Shown: positions 29,750-39,049 of the stretch, in pieces
Layout: each line of letters begins with the position of its first letter
How positions within the stretch are numbered: the first letter of the stretch is position 1
Assembly (NCBI GenBank): GCA_023261545.1
Contig: JAHFOS010000004.1
Location: 1 to 63,865 of the forward strand
Length of the DNA: 63,865 nucleotides
Direction of reading: 5' to 3'
Origin: a bacterium
GTDB taxonomy: Bacteria; Planctomycetota; JADGBV01
Notes under the pieces: generated by a model
The model's database searches: none
Seen by the model: the letters and a program-made list of their open reading frames with translations, nothing else
What the model was told of the DNA's origin: nothing
Position numbers and translations under genes: made by a program

Positions 29750-30598
29750 TCATCCTCCAGCACCGGGTTTTTTGCGCTTCTCGATGTACACTTGGGGACA
29801 AGGGCCCTGCTCGCGCACCCGCTGCCGGTAGCGCAGTGGAGTGAAAGCGTGATGGCGCCGGAAAAGCTTCTCGAAATGCCCGAGGTGATGGAAACCCGCG
29901 CGTTCGGCCACCTCGGTGACGGGAAGGTCGCTGCCGGCTAAAAGTTCGCGCGCCAGCTTGAGCTTGAGCTGGTGCTGGAAATTCAGGTAGGTCAGTCCGG
30001 TGAAAAGCTTGAACTCGCTCGCGAACAGGCTGCGTCCCATGGCGCAGCGGCGCGCGGCCTCCTCCAGGGTGAGCGCTTCTGCGCCGTGGCGCTGTTCCTC
30101 GCACAGCGCCGCAATGCGCGCGGCGTGCCGCGAAGATGGAGCCAGCGGCAGGGCCAGGCTGCGCTGGAAGTTTATGAGCAGCTCGCCGAGCAGCAGCCCG
30201 GCCCGTTCTTTCCCGTAGGGCTGGGGCGCTTGCAGCTCCTCCTCCAGGCGCGCGCCCAGTTCGAGGTTCTGGCGCGCGAGGATGCTGTCATCGCCGGAGG
30301 AGTGGCAACGTCGCCGGAGCAGGCCCTGCACCAGTTCGTGCATGCCGGCGGGTCCTTCGGACAGGAAATGCCCGGAGCCGAAGCAGACGTAAAACAACTC
30401 GGCCGGCGCGTCCTCACGGCCCGCCACTTCGTGCGGTGATCCTTCCGGCAACAGGAAAAGCCGGCCGCGCACGAAGGCGTGGGCCTCCCCCGCGAGCCAT
30501 TGCACACCCGAATCGCCGCGACAGACCACGAGCTCGTGCATCTCGTGGGCGTGGCTCCCGTTGTGGCGGGCGATGCGGGCGCTGCCTCCCCAGATCAT
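29750..30598 (-). CDS. AraC family transcriptional regulator (cupin-like N-terminus plus HTH_18)
   Basis: The C-terminus has the dual HTH: LTLEEAARRCAMGRSLFASEFK...LPVTEVAERAGFHHLGHFEKLFRRHHAFTP. ATG 30598 gives a typical 282-aa protein. The 674-aa track ORF continues antisense through the neighbouring PhyH gene. Confidence 0.8.
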   Translation of the reverse strand: MIWGGSARIARHNGSHAHEMHELVVCRGDSGVQWLAGEAHAFVRGRLFLLPEGSPHEVAGREDAPAELFYVCFGSGHFLSEGPAGMHELVQGLLRRRCHSSGDDSILARQNLELGARLEEELQAPQPYGKERAGLLLGELLINFQRSLALPLAPSSRHAARIAALCEEQRHGAEALTLEEAARRCAMGRSLFASEFKLFTGLTYLNFQHQLKLKLARELLAGSDLPVTEVAERAGFHHLGHFEKLFRRHHAFTPLRYRQRVREQGPCPQVYIEKRKKPGAGG

Positions 30599-30733
30599 GG
30601 CGGTAGCATGGAGATCATGGCGCTGGCAAGGGGGTTGTGGACGAATGCGTGAAAAACGCGGATGAAGGAGGGAGATATTATTCCCTGGCCGCCTATCCTT
30701 TCCACTGGCAACTGGTTTTTGGAGGATTTCACC

Positions 30734-31654
30734 ATGCTGTGCCAGGATCAAATCAACAGCTTCCACGGCGACGGCTTCCTCGTGCTGCGCGGGATGTTCC
30801 AGGGGAAGGAGCTGCAAGCCCTGCGGCAGGCCGCCGACCAGGTGCTGCTCGATGGCGTGGCGGCGCGCGGACCCCACCACATCTACCACGACACCCCGGA
30901 AGGCCGGCGCATCTATTACCGCAGCGAGCACATGTGGAGCAGGGCCGATATTTTCCAGGCGGCCACCGTGAATCCGGCCCTGCTCGAAGCCATCGGCCAG
31001 TGCACCGGACACCCTTTCCTGCCCATCAACGACTCCTTCGTGTGCAAGCTGCCCTACGGCAACGTCCCCATCAACTGGCACCAGGACCCCTTCAAACCCG
31101 TCACTCAGGACGTCACTTCCGAAATTCCGAACTTCGACGTGGACATCTACCTCGACCGTTCCACCGTTGAAAACGGCTGCGTGTGGGGCATCCCCGGCCG
31201 GCATCTCATTGGCCAGCTCGATCTCTCCGCTCTCAGCCAGGAGGATTTCTTCCACCACCCCGACGCCGTGCCCATGGAGATGGAACCCGGGGACGTGCTC
31301 TTCCACTGCATCTCCGCCCTTCACGGCTCGGCCGGCAACCGCACCAGCGATTTGCGGCGCATCTTCTACGTCCACTACATGGCGCGCGAGGTCCTTGAAC
31401 ACAACTATCCTTTCTGGGTATCCGGCGGGAAAAGCTACGACGCGATGCGGGTCTCCGTACAGCGCATGCTGGAGCTTCGCCGCCGCCTGGGTTTTCATGG
31501 CCTGGAGGAAGGCCGCATGCAGCTCGACACCAGGGGTTTCGTCTTCACGGGCGCGCCGTCCACGCCGGAGCGGCATTGGCGGGATCTCGCGAGCCGGCTT
31601 TCCCATGAGGAGGTCGCGCGTTTGCGCGATCTGAGGCCCGCGGTCTTGGCCTGA
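30734..31654 (+). CDS. Phytanoyl-CoA dioxygenase (PhyH) family Fe(II)/2-oxoglutarate oxygenase
   Basis: ATG 30734 is preceded by GGAGGA. Motifs: FHGDGFLVLRG, the facial-triad WHQD, and a distal His in ALHGSAGN. Confidence 0.85.
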   Translation: MLCQDQINSFHGDGFLVLRGMFQGKELQALRQAADQVLLDGVAARGPHHIYHDTPEGRRIYYRSEHMWSRADIFQAATVNPALLEAIGQCTGHPFLPINDSFVCKLPYGNVPINWHQDPFKPVTQDVTSEIPNFDVDIYLDRSTVENGCVWGIPGRHLIGQLDLSALSQEDFFHHPDAVPMEMEPGDVLFHCISALHGSAGNRTSDLRRIFYVHYMAREVLEHNYPFWVSGGKSYDAMRVSVQRMLELRRRLGFHGLEEGRMQLDTRGFVFTGAPSTPERHWRDLASRLSHEEVARLRDLRPAVLA

Positions 31655-31802
31655 CGGCGGCGCGTCCGAGGGCGGGCGCGTTAAAGTCGGCATCCTTTTT
31701 GCTTTTTCCTGGGCTTGTCCCGGTCCGTGCCAGGCTAGGATCGCACGCGTATCCTTGTTCTCAGTTTCGTCCACCCCGCGGCGGCATTATCAGGAGCACA
31801 GC

Positions 31803-32114
31803 ATGTCGGATAACGTGAAAGGCTACAGCCGGGAGGACGAATACTTCCACCGCAAGGACCAGGAGCTTTTGGCAAAGCTCAGGGAAAAGGCTGAGGCGCA
31901 GAAAGCGCAACTCGAAGCCAAAAACGAGAAGAAAGACTACTGGATGCGCTGCCCGAAATGCGGGTCGGTGCTGAAGGAAGAGACCTACGGGGAAATCGTG
32001 GCCGTGGACCGCTGCCCGTCCAAGGCGTGCGGGGGGATCTTCTTCGATGGCGGTGAGCTGGAGATCCTGCTCAAGGCGAAGCAATCCCTGCTGGGACGCA
32101 TCTTCGGCCATTAG
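31803..32114 (+). CDS. TFIIB-type zinc-ribbon (zf-TFIIB) domain protein
   Basis: The pattern CPKCGSVL...CPSKACGGIFFDGGELE is typical of the family. ATG 31803 is preceded by CAGGAG. Confidence 0.7.
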   Translation: MSDNVKGYSREDEYFHRKDQELLAKLREKAEAQKAQLEAKNEKKDYWMRCPKCGSVLKEETYGEIVAVDRCPSKACGGIFFDGGELEILLKAKQSLLGRIFGH

Positions 32115-32127
32115 AATCCCGGCGCCC

Positions 32128-33081
32128 ATGCCGCCGGCAGCAACCGTGGACGAGGGCGAAACTTTCACCCCGCCGGCCTCCGAGCCGCGCAGCATCGCCA
32201 TCCTCACGGGGGCGGATCTGCGCCACCGGCGCTTCGCCTTGCTGGTGCAACGCGAGTTCCCCAAGCTCGCCAAGGCGTGGTTCGAATGTCCGGCCTTCAG
32301 CTTGAACCCAATCCGAGGGCTGGGGCGCCGTGACGGAGGGGGCTTCGAGCTGCTGCAACGGGCGCGCAAGCGGCTCCTGGCCGGACGATCCAGCGGCACC
32401 TTGCCCGCGGGCGTTGCCCCGCTGACCGATGCCCGGGGGAGCCTGCGCACCCTCTACTACCTGCGCAAACGGCGCGCGGGGCAACTGGCCAGCGAGAAGC
32501 GGCTTTTCAGCGACGAAGTTGCGGAGCTCATGGCGACGCGCCAGCTCGACCCCGAACCCGTGAGCGACCCCAACGGGCCGGAGTTCCTGGCCCAGCTCAA
32601 GGCGCTGAACCCCTACTTCCTGCTCGTGCTGGGCGGACCGCTGCTCAGGAGCGAAGTCTTGGCCTGCGCGCGCGGGCTGGCCTTGAACCAACACGCGGGC
32701 TGGTCCCCGGATTACAAGGGCAGCCACACCATCGAGTGGGCGCTCTACCACCGCGATCTGGATGCCGTGGGCGCCACGGTGCATCTCATGAGCGCCGGGG
32801 CCGACGCCGGGCCCATCTTGCGGCGCGCGCGCGCGGCGCTTTTGCCGGAGGACACGCTGGAAGATTGTTTCAGCCGCGTAGTCGCGCTCGGCAGCGATCT
32901 CATGGTCGAGGTGCTGCGTGAGGTGATCGCGGGCCACACGCTGCCCGTGCTCAAGCAGGATCCCGCCGCGGGACGCACCTACCGCGGCCACGAACTCGAC
33001 GGCAAGGTGCTGGCGCGTCTTTATCGCGATTTCGCCTCGGGGTGGCTGGCCGAAGAACTCGTACGCCGGCGCCGGATATGA
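32128..33081 (+). CDS. Formyltransferase-family protein (Fmt/ArnA-N-terminal-like)
   Basis: Motifs LNQHAGWSPDYKGSHTIEWAL and TVHLMSAGADAGPIL resemble the formyltransferase catalytic core (N.H...P.Y.G, D.G.I). Confidence 0.7.
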   Translation: MPPAATVDEGETFTPPASEPRSIAILTGADLRHRRFALLVQREFPKLAKAWFECPAFSLNPIRGLGRRDGGGFELLQRARKRLLAGRSSGTLPAGVAPLTDARGSLRTLYYLRKRRAGQLASEKRLFSDEVAELMATRQLDPEPVSDPNGPEFLAQLKALNPYFLLVLGGPLLRSEVLACARGLALNQHAGWSPDYKGSHTIEWALYHRDLDAVGATVHLMSAGADAGPILRRARAALLPEDTLEDCFSRVVALGSDLMVEVLREVIAGHTLPVLKQDPAAGRTYRGHELDGKVLARLYRDFASGWLAEELVRRRRI

Positions 33082-33989
33082 TGCCGCCGGTCTGGACCGT
33101 CCTCTCCTATGGCCACATTTCTCACGAGGAACCGGCGCATCTCGCCGCCATCGCGGGGGCTGTGTGCCCCCCGGACCGGCTGCGGGAGCACCTTGAAGCG
33201 CTGCACCAGGCCGGCCGTTTCGTGGGGCTGGAAGAAGGCTGGGCGGCCGTGTCGTCCGGGCCGCTTCGCAAGCCGCTGTTCACCCTGTTCTTCGAGGGTC
33301 CCTACGCTGGGATCGCCGCGGCGGCACAACTTTTGGATGCACTCCCTATCAAGGCGGCCTTCGCTTTCCCGGCACCCTCCACGGCGGGCGAGCCCGCCTG
33401 GCCCTACCAGCTCTCTTTTCTCTCCACCTGTGACGGCTTGCGGCTGTTGCGCGGGCGCTTGAAGAGCCTGGGCTATGAACCGGGCCGTCCGCTGCTGGAC
33501 TTCATGTATGACAACCTTTCCCCCTCTTTGCTGGAGATCCTGTCCGCCGTTTACCGCCGCTCGGTGGGAAAAAACGCTTGTGACGAAGTTGCGCGTCTTT
33601 TTGCAAAACCTTCAGCGCTGCGGGAGCTCGCCGCCCGCGGCTGGACGCCGGTCCTCCAGGGTTCCGATTTGTTGCCCGCCGGTGAGCATCCGGGGAAAGG
33701 CGAACTCGAACGCCATTTCGCGACGGACGCGGCGCTTTTCCGCGAAACCTTTGGAACCCCGGCCCGCTTTCGTGCGTTGCATCCTTTTCACCGGCCCCAG
33801 AAGCTCGCCGCAAGGTTGGCCGAGCTCAAGGCCAGCGCAAATCCTGAACAGCCGCTCTTGTTACCGCTGGCGCGAACAATGGCCCCGTCAAAAGCCAAAG
33901 CGGGCTGCCTTCCCTATGTCCGCATCCCCGTCGTCCCCGCCGCGCGGCTTATGGAATTTCTGGACGGCCTGCCCGAGGACACGGCCTGA
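33078..33989 (+). CDS. Hypothetical protein. Weak resemblance to the polysaccharide deacetylase (NodB/ArnD-like) fold, with a degenerate catalytic motif.
   Basis: ATGA overlap with the upstream stop. The N-terminal VLSYGHI...LREHLEALHQAGRFVGLEE resembles deacetylase N-termini. The usual TFDDG is replaced by LFFEGPY. Confidence 0.45.
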   Translation: MMPPVWTVLSYGHISHEEPAHLAAIAGAVCPPDRLREHLEALHQAGRFVGLEEGWAAVSSGPLRKPLFTLFFEGPYAGIAAAAQLLDALPIKAAFAFPAPSTAGEPAWPYQLSFLSTCDGLRLLRGRLKSLGYEPGRPLLDFMYDNLSPSLLEILSAVYRRSVGKNACDEVARLFAKPSALRELAARGWTPVLQGSDLLPAGEHPGKGELERHFATDAALFRETFGTPARFRALHPFHRPQKLAARLAELKASANPEQPLLLPLARTMAPSKAKAGCLPYVRIPVVPAARLMEFLDGLPEDTA

Positions 33990-34060
33990 AATCCGTGGCG
34001 GGTCCGGGATGCTCCCCGCCGCGTCTGAAGTCCCGCGAGCGGGAGCGCCGCACTTGAGAT

Positions 34061-34942
34061 CTACTGGCCGCCGGCCTTGCTCGGAGCGTAGCCCTCAGGG
34101 CATTTGAAACCCGGATTGAAAGGGGATTTGGCGACGTTGAGCTTGAAGCCCTTGCGCTGGCCGAGCGCCTCGTTGTAGTACTTGAGGAACTGGAGATCGG
34201 AGAAGTAGCTGGGCGGCAGCGCCGCCGGGGATTCCCATGCAAAATCCTTGAGCCGGAAGGGACTTTTCACATGGATATCGCATTTCTGGAGGCACCAGGC
34301 GAAATTGAGGGGGATTGGGTGTCCCTTGCCGAAAACGCAGTTGCGGAACTCGAAATTTCCCAGCAAGGTCCCGGGAGCGAGCCCGTCGTCCATCTCGAAT
34401 TCCTGGACGGCCATCAGGCTGTCGCGGAAACTCATCTTGAAGCCGGGCTGCAGGGCCATCAGGATCACGGAGTCCGGCTCGAAGACGCAACCGCGCGCCT
34501 CCAGGGCGCCGAGCTTTGGCATGAAAATCGGACGGCGCAGGTTCACGGCTTCAACCACAACACGAGCATTCTTTCCGAGGATTTTGAGGCGCAGGGCCTC
34601 CGCGACGATTATCGGCAGCTTGCCGAAATCGCGCGCATCCTTCTTGGGAACAGGCTCCCCTATGAGCAGCGTTCCGTGGATCTCGATGCCGCCGCCGCCC
34701 TGGTCCGGCGCGACCGCGAAGTTCCCTGCGTTAATAATTTTTAGCGTGCATCCTTCCGGCAGGATGTAGCTGCCCTTGAGGGTCACCCGCCGCTTGGAGA
34801 GGTCGAGGACCCGCAGTTTTTCCTCCTGGGTTCCCGTCAGCACGACATCGCCGTCCTCCGTCCAGCCGGGGAGAAAACAAAACGCCGCCAGCAACGCGGT
34901 GGCGACGGCGAGGCGCCGGAGCAAAAAAAACAGGGGATCCAT
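34061..34942 (-). CDS. Hypothetical secreted protein
   Basis: ATG 34942 gives the signal peptide MDPLFFLLRRLAVATALLAAFCFLPG. I recognise no family. Confidence 0.55.
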   Translation of the reverse strand: MDPLFFLLRRLAVATALLAAFCFLPGWTEDGDVVLTGTQEEKLRVLDLSKRRVTLKGSYILPEGCTLKIINAGNFAVAPDQGGGGIEIHGTLLIGEPVPKKDARDFGKLPIIVAEALRLKILGKNARVVVEAVNLRRPIFMPKLGALEARGCVFEPDSVILMALQPGFKMSFRDSLMAVQEFEMDDGLAPGTLLGNFEFRNCVFGKGHPIPLNFAWCLQKCDIHVKSPFRLKDFAWESPAALPPSYFSDLQFLKYYNEALGQRKGFKLNVAKSPFNPGFKCPEGYAPSKAGGQ

Positions 34943-35001
34943 GGACCGCGGGAAAGTGCGGTTTCTGGATCCTGTCCAAGACATCTCGGGTCGCGTCAAT
35001 T

Positions 35002-36822
35002 TCAGACCTCCGGATTCACTTTTGCCAGGAGACGGTGCGCGGCCTCGTAGTGCACGCCCATGCGCGACCAGTCGAAGGAGTCGGCGAGCGCCTCAGTGGC
35101 ATTGCGCTGCTTGATGCGCTCGCGCCGTTCCTGCGTAAGGAAAGCGAACATCGCCTCCGCGAGTTCGTCCGCCGAGCGCTGGAAGTCCGTCTGGCGCCGG
35201 TGGATGACGCGGACGCCGGGCTGCCCCCCCTCGGGCAGGTTCTTGAGCACGTAGCTGCCGAAGCCGGCGAGGTCGCTGGTGAACGCCGGCACGCCACGGG
35301 CGATGCACTCCACGGGGGTGTAGCCCCAGGGCTCATACAAGCTGGGGAAGACGCCGAGGTGGCAGCCGCGCACGAACTGGTCGTAATCCATGCCGAAAAG
35401 CGGGCTCACGGAGCTGATGAAATCGGGATGGTAGATGACCTTCACCGGGTTGTCCACCTGGTTGTGGAGACCCGAGACGCGCAGGAAGTTCAGCACCTCG
35501 TCGTGGCCCTCGTGCTCCACGTGATGCGTGACGATGCCCGGCAGGCGCTCGGTGCGCCAAGCGTGGATGAACTGGCGCAGGCGCAGTTTCCAGAAATCAT
35601 CCACGAGGCTTTCCCAACCCGAGGGCAAGTGGCCCGCGGTGACGGCCATGAAGAGGTTCTGGCCGAGGTTGGTTTTTATCTCTTCCACGGTCTGCAGCAT
35701 GCCGTCCATGAGCGCGCGGCGCGCCAGGGCGTCGGACAACAGTCCGCGGTTGGGCCGGCGCGTGATGAGGAAGAAAACCACGGTGCGATCCACGCGTTCC
35801 GTCTTCATGCGCCAGTTCAGGCGCGCCAGGGCCTCCAGCACCAGGTCAAAGCCCTTGTTGCGATACTCGTAACGCCCTGACGTGAAAAAATACAAGGTCT
35901 TGTCGAGGTCGAAGGTGTAGCTGGGGAAGAAATGCCCCAGCACGAACTGGTTGATGCGCTCCTTGTAGGTGCGGTGCAGGTTCTGGAACTCGTGCAGGGC
36001 CACGAAACGCTCGATGTTGAGGCCGTTGGGCAGCAGCAGGTCGGGCTCGCGGCCCAGGAGGTAGCGGCTCTCGGGGACGGTGACCTCGCTCACGGTGCTC
36101 AGCAAGTGGGCGCCGTGGGCGGCCGCGCGCTCCAAACGCACCTCGCACTCGATGTCGTAGCGCCGCGCCTCGTCCAGCCAGTGGAGCCGCGGCAGGTGCT
36201 CGTGATAGTCGGCATCGTTGGTGGCGATGTAGCGGCCGAGGAGCGTGGCGTGGGTGGTGAAGAGGATGCGCGCCGCGACGTGTTTGCGGCGCAGCTCGGG
36301 GATGGCGCTCGCGGCCATCCACTCGTGGAAGTGCGCGAGCACGGGCCGGGCCGGAAACAGGCGCGTGTACTCCTTCAGGAAAAGCTCCACCAGGTGACCG
36401 AAGGCCAGCACCTGGTTCACGATGGGGCGGTCGGGCAAAGCGATGTCGTGGAACTTCCAGTAGAAGTAGCGGTACTCCCCGAGGCCCGGCGCGGCGCTGG
36501 CGAGATCGAAGAGGATCACCCGCGGCCGTCCCTTGCACAGCCAGCGGCCGCTCAGGGCCGCGATGCCGCTTTCGCGCAGCAAGCCCACCACCTGGCCGAG
36601 CTCATCGGCGAACTCCTCGGGAGCGAACTCGGCGGGCGACAGCTTGGCGTCGTAAGGCCCGAGCAGGCAGAAACGCTCGCCCCAGCGCTCCACCATCCAG
36701 GCCGCCTTGCTGCGCAGCACGGTGTAGATGCCGCCAAGCTGCTGGCAGACCTCCCAGCCCACTTCGAAGAGCATCTCCGGGGCGGGGTGGGCGGCCAGGG
36801 TCTTGGGAGCGGAGCGCGGCAT
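35002..36822 (-). CDS. Glycogen synthase of the GT3 (eukaryote/Bacteroidota-type) family
   Basis: 606 aa. The N-terminal LFEVGWEVCQQLGGIYTVLRSKA and the C-terminal CHLGVFPSLYEPWGYTPVECIARGVPAFTSDLAGFG are characteristic of GT3 glycogen synthases, not GlgA (GT5). Confidence 0.85.
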   Translation of the reverse strand: MPRSAPKTLAAHPAPEMLFEVGWEVCQQLGGIYTVLRSKAAWMVERWGERFCLLGPYDAKLSPAEFAPEEFADELGQVVGLLRESGIAALSGRWLCKGRPRVILFDLASAAPGLGEYRYFYWKFHDIALPDRPIVNQVLAFGHLVELFLKEYTRLFPARPVLAHFHEWMAASAIPELRRKHVAARILFTTHATLLGRYIATNDADYHEHLPRLHWLDEARRYDIECEVRLERAAAHGAHLLSTVSEVTVPESRYLLGREPDLLLPNGLNIERFVALHEFQNLHRTYKERINQFVLGHFFPSYTFDLDKTLYFFTSGRYEYRNKGFDLVLEALARLNWRMKTERVDRTVVFFLITRRPNRGLLSDALARRALMDGMLQTVEEIKTNLGQNLFMAVTAGHLPSGWESLVDDFWKLRLRQFIHAWRTERLPGIVTHHVEHEGHDEVLNFLRVSGLHNQVDNPVKVIYHPDFISSVSPLFGMDYDQFVRGCHLGVFPSLYEPWGYTPVECIARGVPAFTSDLAGFGSYVLKNLPEGGQPGVRVIHRRQTDFQRSADELAEAMFAFLTQERRERIKQRNATEALADSFDWSRMGVHYEAAHRLLAKVNPEV

Positions 36823-37133
36823 GGGGGCGGAAACGACGGCGGAACTGGCGGGGAGTGTAGGAAGGCGCGATGCCCTTCAAAAGCCGCTGGACATCGCCCG
36901 CCCCATGCGCAAGATGGCCATCCTCCGCAAGCGCTTGAAATGGCCGAAAAGCACGTTGTAAAAGGCGAGTCAACCGACCCGGTTTCTTGAAGGACAAGCG
37001 CTGCGCTGGATACTGTTCCGCGGCCCGATGATCCCGTGCAATTCTTGAGGCAGCGACGTCGCAACCCCAGCGGGGTTGGGGCCATTTCTTCAAGACCCGC
37101 GCGGGCGGGCGCCGGGGAGGCCGCGCGGCGGGC

Positions 37134-38267
37134 ATGACCGAGGCGAAAAATGGCGGTGCCGCCGCCGCGCGGCGCGTGTTGGTGAGCAAGTTCAACATGA
37201 TCGGAGACGTGCTCATCTCCACGGCGCTGCTGGAAAACCTGAAGCTGGCCTGGCCGGATTGCCGCATCACTTACGCCACCTACGACTTCAGCGCGCCGGC
37301 GCTGGCGGGCTGCCCGCACGTGAGCCGCGTGATCACCTGCTCCAAGGATCGCCGCCAGATCATCCCTTACCTGGCTCGCACCGTCGGTTTCTTCCTGTGG
37401 TTCGTTTTCCACCGCCATGACGTTTACATCTGCCTGCGCGATAACAATCGTGGGCGTTTCCTGGGGCTGCTCACGGGCGCGCGCGTCCGGGTCAGCATCC
37501 ACCCTAAGCGCCGCTGGGTGAACCGCTGGGCCTACACGCACCGCGAGCCCCACGAGGCCCTGCACGCCGTGGAGAAGGATCTGCACGCCTTGAAGGCGCT
37601 GGGCCTGCCCGCGCCCGTGCGCCGCTTCCGCATGCATTTCACGCCCCGCCAGTTGGAGGAGGTGCGCGCCTGGCTGCCGGTCCGGCCTTTCGTCCAGCTC
37701 CACCCCTGCGCGCGCTGGCCCTATAAGGAGATTCCCCCCGCTGAGGCTGCCCGCCTCGGCGAACTCATCCATGGCTGGGGCTATGAGCTGGTGCTGACCG
37801 GGCCCGGCCACGGGCGCGAGGCGCAAGTGATCCGGGATGTGGCGGAGCGGCTCGGTTGTCCGGCCACGGTCCTGGCGGGGCGGCTCGATCTGCCGCGGTT
37901 GGCCGCGCTCTCCAGCCTGGCCGCGCTATACGTCGGCTGCGACACCGCCGCCATGCACGTCGCCGCGGGAGCGGGAACCCCGGTGGTGGCTTGGTTCGGC
38001 CCCTCGCTGCCGGCGGAGTGGGGTCCCTGGGATGCCGACGTGCCGCGCTGCCCTTACCGCAACGGCGCGGGCCTGCAGCGCATGGGGCGCCACACCATCG
38101 TGCAGCTCCAGGGCGACTGCATTCCCTGTGACCGGCGCGGCTGCGGCGATCTCGGACTCGAAAGCCGCTGCCTCCAGGAAATGGCCGCGGAACGCATCTT
38201 TGCCGAGGTGCGCCAGCGCCTTCCGCGCCTGGAGCGCGCCTTGCCGGCTGCGGCGGCGGGAGGCTAG
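37134..38267 (+). CDS. Glycosyltransferase family 9 (LPS heptosyltransferase-like)
   Basis: Motifs: RVLVSKFNMIGDVLISTALLENLK, LYVGCDTAAMHVAAGAGTPVV. Confidence 0.85.
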   Translation: MTEAKNGGAAAARRVLVSKFNMIGDVLISTALLENLKLAWPDCRITYATYDFSAPALAGCPHVSRVITCSKDRRQIIPYLARTVGFFLWFVFHRHDVYICLRDNNRGRFLGLLTGARVRVSIHPKRRWVNRWAYTHREPHEALHAVEKDLHALKALGLPAPVRRFRMHFTPRQLEEVRAWLPVRPFVQLHPCARWPYKEIPPAEAARLGELIHGWGYELVLTGPGHGREAQVIRDVAERLGCPATVLAGRLDLPRLAALSSLAALYVGCDTAAMHVAAGAGTPVVAWFGPSLPAEWGPWDADVPRCPYRNGAGLQRMGRHTIVQLQGDCIPCDRRGCGDLGLESRCLQEMAAERIFAEVRQRLPRLERALPAAAAGG

Positions 38268-38269
38268 GC

Positions 38270-39049
38270 GTGGAGCGGCTTCCCCTGAGCCTGTGCCTCA
38301 TAGCGCGCAACGAGGAGCGCAACCTGGAGCGCTGCCTACAAAGCGCGCAGGCGTGGGTGAGCGAAATCGTGGTGGTGATCAACGATTGCACCGATGGCAC
38401 CGCCGCCGTTGCGCGCCGGTTTGGCGCCCGCGTTTACGAGGAGCCGTGGCGTGGGCATCGCGACCAGAAGAACTCGGCCCTGGAGAAGGCCACTCAGCCC
38501 TGGGTGTTGTGCCTGGACGCGGACGAGGAGGTTTCGCCCGATCTGGGCCGCGCTATTCGCCGCTTCGTGCAAATGGACGACGCGCGTTTCGCTGGCGCGC
38601 GTTTTCCCCGCAAGGTGTGGGTGATGGGGCGCTGGATCACCCATGGCGACTGGTATCCGGATTGGAGCCTGCGCCTCCTGCGCCGCGGGAAAGGGCGCTG
38701 GGGCGGTAGCCGCGAGCACGACAAGCTGGAGGTCCAGGGCCCCTGCGCCAAGCTCAAGGGCGACCTACACCACTACACCTTCGCGTCCATGAACCAGCAT
38801 CTTTCCAAGGTGAGTTATTTCGGCGATATCTTCCTGGCGCGCCAGCTCGACGGCGGAAAGCGCTGGTGCGCCCCGCTGGTGGTCTTGCGCAGCGCCTGGC
38901 GGTTCTTCAGGGCTTATGTGCTGCGGGCCGGGTTCCTGGACGGCTACCCCGGTTTCTACATCGCCGCCTTCACGGCTTTTTCCACTTTTTTCCGCCATTC
39001 GCGCCTCTACGAGCACCAGCACGGCGCAGCGCGGCCCGAGGAGCCTTGA
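38270..39049 (+). CDS. Glycosyltransferase family 2 (LPS-core WaaE/KdtX-like)
   Basis: GTG start 2 nt after the previous stop. Motifs: LSLCLIARNEERNLERCL, VINDCTDGT, CLDADEEV. Confidence 0.85.
   Translation: MERLPLSLCLIARNEERNLERCLQSAQAWVSEIVVVINDCTDGTAAVARRFGARVYEEPWRGHRDQKNSALEKATQPWVLCLDADEEVSPDLGRAIRRFVQMDDARFAGARFPRKVWVMGRWITHGDWYPDWSLRLLRRGKGRWGGSREHDKLEVQGPCAKLKGDLHHYTFASMNQHLSKVSYFGDIFLARQLDGGKRWCAPLVVLRSAWRFFRAYVLRAGFLDGYPGFYIAAFTAFSTFFRHSRLYEHQHGAARPEEP

Noticed and set aside
30599-31774. Upstream two-thirds of the 674-aa minus-strand ORF 29750-31774
   Set aside because: Only the last 282 codons look like a real protein (a complete AraC regulator starting at ATG 30598). The rest runs antisense through the well-supported PhyH gene and the zinc-ribbon gene's upstream region.
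35035-36990. Plus-strand ORFs 35035-35880 and 35932-36990, and the minus-strand ORF 36552-37826
   Set aside because: They overlap the GT3 glycogen synthase or GT9 genes out of frame or antisense. They have biased Arg/Ala/Gly/His composition and no motifs.
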